A DNA stretch of 64,000 bases from Podarcis vaucheri (lineage: Eukaryota): NCBI GenBank assembly GCA_965113315.1, contig OZ220364.1, one strand, 5' to 3'. Numbering within the stretch: the stretch's first letter is position 1; each line of letters starts with the position of its first letter. This document shows, in pieces, positions 62,577-64,000 of the stretch. The translations under genes and the position numbers were made by a program. Below the pieces are notes generated by a model. That model did no database searches, was not told where the DNA came from, and worked only from the letters and a program-made list of their open reading frames with translations.

Positions 62577-64000
62577 GTAGTGCCATTGGGTTGTGTTATT
62601 TTACACTTGAGAATTTGGCAGGCGGGGATATTGCTTTCTTTGCATTTGTGTTTAATTAGCTTTCAAAGGACAAAACAAATCCACAGGGTTTTTGTAGAAG
62701 GCTATATTTTAATTGCACTTCCACACAAAATAATGGCTTTTGATTTAAGCCAATTTCAGTCAGCAGGAAGCAATTTTCCACATTATAACAGTGTATTAAC
62801 CACTTGGCAGCCTGTGTGTTGTGGTTTCCTAAAGGAAGTTGCCCAGGGCTGGACAAATGGTTACGTTATTGCTGTCAAGAAGCAATTGCTTTCAGATGGC
62901 CAAAATTGGCCACAGTAATCCCAGCAATTATCAAAAGATGTAAAATTGTGCTGCCTTTGCAGAAATTTCACTCTTTGATTATTTCACGAAATGCTAGTTG
63001 CATGGACCACCTACCCTATATGCTATCAAAAGCTTTGTAGTTTAAGCACTTGAACTGTTCATTCAGGTCCATATAACAGCAACTGAGATGTAAACCCAAA
63101 TGAGATGTTAGATTTTGGGAGGTGTAGGGATGGAGAATAATAGAAGCAGGGGAAGTATAAAACCAGCAGAATGGAGAAGAATGACAGGCAGGAAATAAGA
63201 TGATGTGTTCTATTTGTCATCATTGGGGGTTTGGCTGTGTGGTAGCTTTATGATGCCATAAATGCTATATGCTGGTAGCAGTGTTAGAAACTGAGATATG
63301 AAATCTAGGAGCTAAATGGCACCTTAAACATAGGTTATGGGCACAAAAACAGAATGTCTAGGCATGCTTTTTAATAACAAAAATACAAAGCTGAAAATGA
63401 ATGAACTGCAGCTAAAATATTATGTTCATTTTTCACATAGTCTAGTCCTTCCCCTGCCCACCCCCCTAATACTCTTAAGAGGGTTTTTTCTCCAGTCTTA
63501 AGAGAGTAGCTGGAAGTGGGGAGGCAGAAAAAAGGTACTCCTTTCCTTCCATTCTGCAGTTTTAATCTGAAACTTTGGCACAGTACTGTGCCCAGAGCTC
63601 AGAAACTGCTTGGTCTAATGAAATTTCCTGTCGCAAAATGCTCCTAGAACAATGGGAGTTCCGAACATTGGCCCGTGGTTCCCACTTGGTGGTCTGTGGA
63701 TCCCAGGGTGCCTTTGGCACACACCCGTCAAATGTCCAGAACATCCCATTTTGGGGGGCCGTGCTCTTGTGAAGAGCACAGCACCCGAAAACATGTGAGA
63801 TTGCAGTGCCCCAAAACACGTTTGGGGCACCATGCTCTCGCACAGGTCGTGTGACTCATGCAGGAGCGCAGCCCAGAAGATGCACACCCGTTTTGCACTG
63901 GGAGATGTTGGCGGGGGGAGGGGTATGGTGGCACCATTCACATACCAGAAACTACAGCAGAGATATCCACATTTTCAAAAATAAGGTCTATGGCTTGGCT

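Overview
Vertebrate genomic DNA from a squamate reptile. A lacertid lizard is plausible from the repeat content (Sauria SINE, BovB, CR1, Squam-type SINE), but this is inference. It holds a complete 19-coding-exon SLC26A6-type anion exchanger on + (13749-39394, about 724 aa by manual splicing) and the promoter and first four exons of UQCRC1 on + (56514 onward), the same gene order as in mammals. The intergenic interval contains a full-length but frameshifted BovB (RTE) LINE with an 11-bp TSD and a ~6.2-kb tyrosine-recombinase (DIRS order, Ngaro-like) retrotransposon on - (about 49461-55676). That element is the most interesting object here. It encodes an open Gag, an RT/RNaseH with an in-frame deletion of the catalytic core, an intact tyrosine recombinase, and a decayed SGNH hydrolase preceded by a splice acceptor. 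I see no terminal or split repeats. Instead both ends fold into dense hairpin arrays, which covary with a ~600-bp non-coding relative in an SLC26A6 intron (33482-34096). Its leader carries a 5S-rRNA-type Pol III internal promoter, a nested Penelope-type hammerhead motif and a tandem repeat. The rest is ordinary SINE/LINE/MITE/LTR and microsatellite content. All calls are by eye; no searches or folding programs were run.
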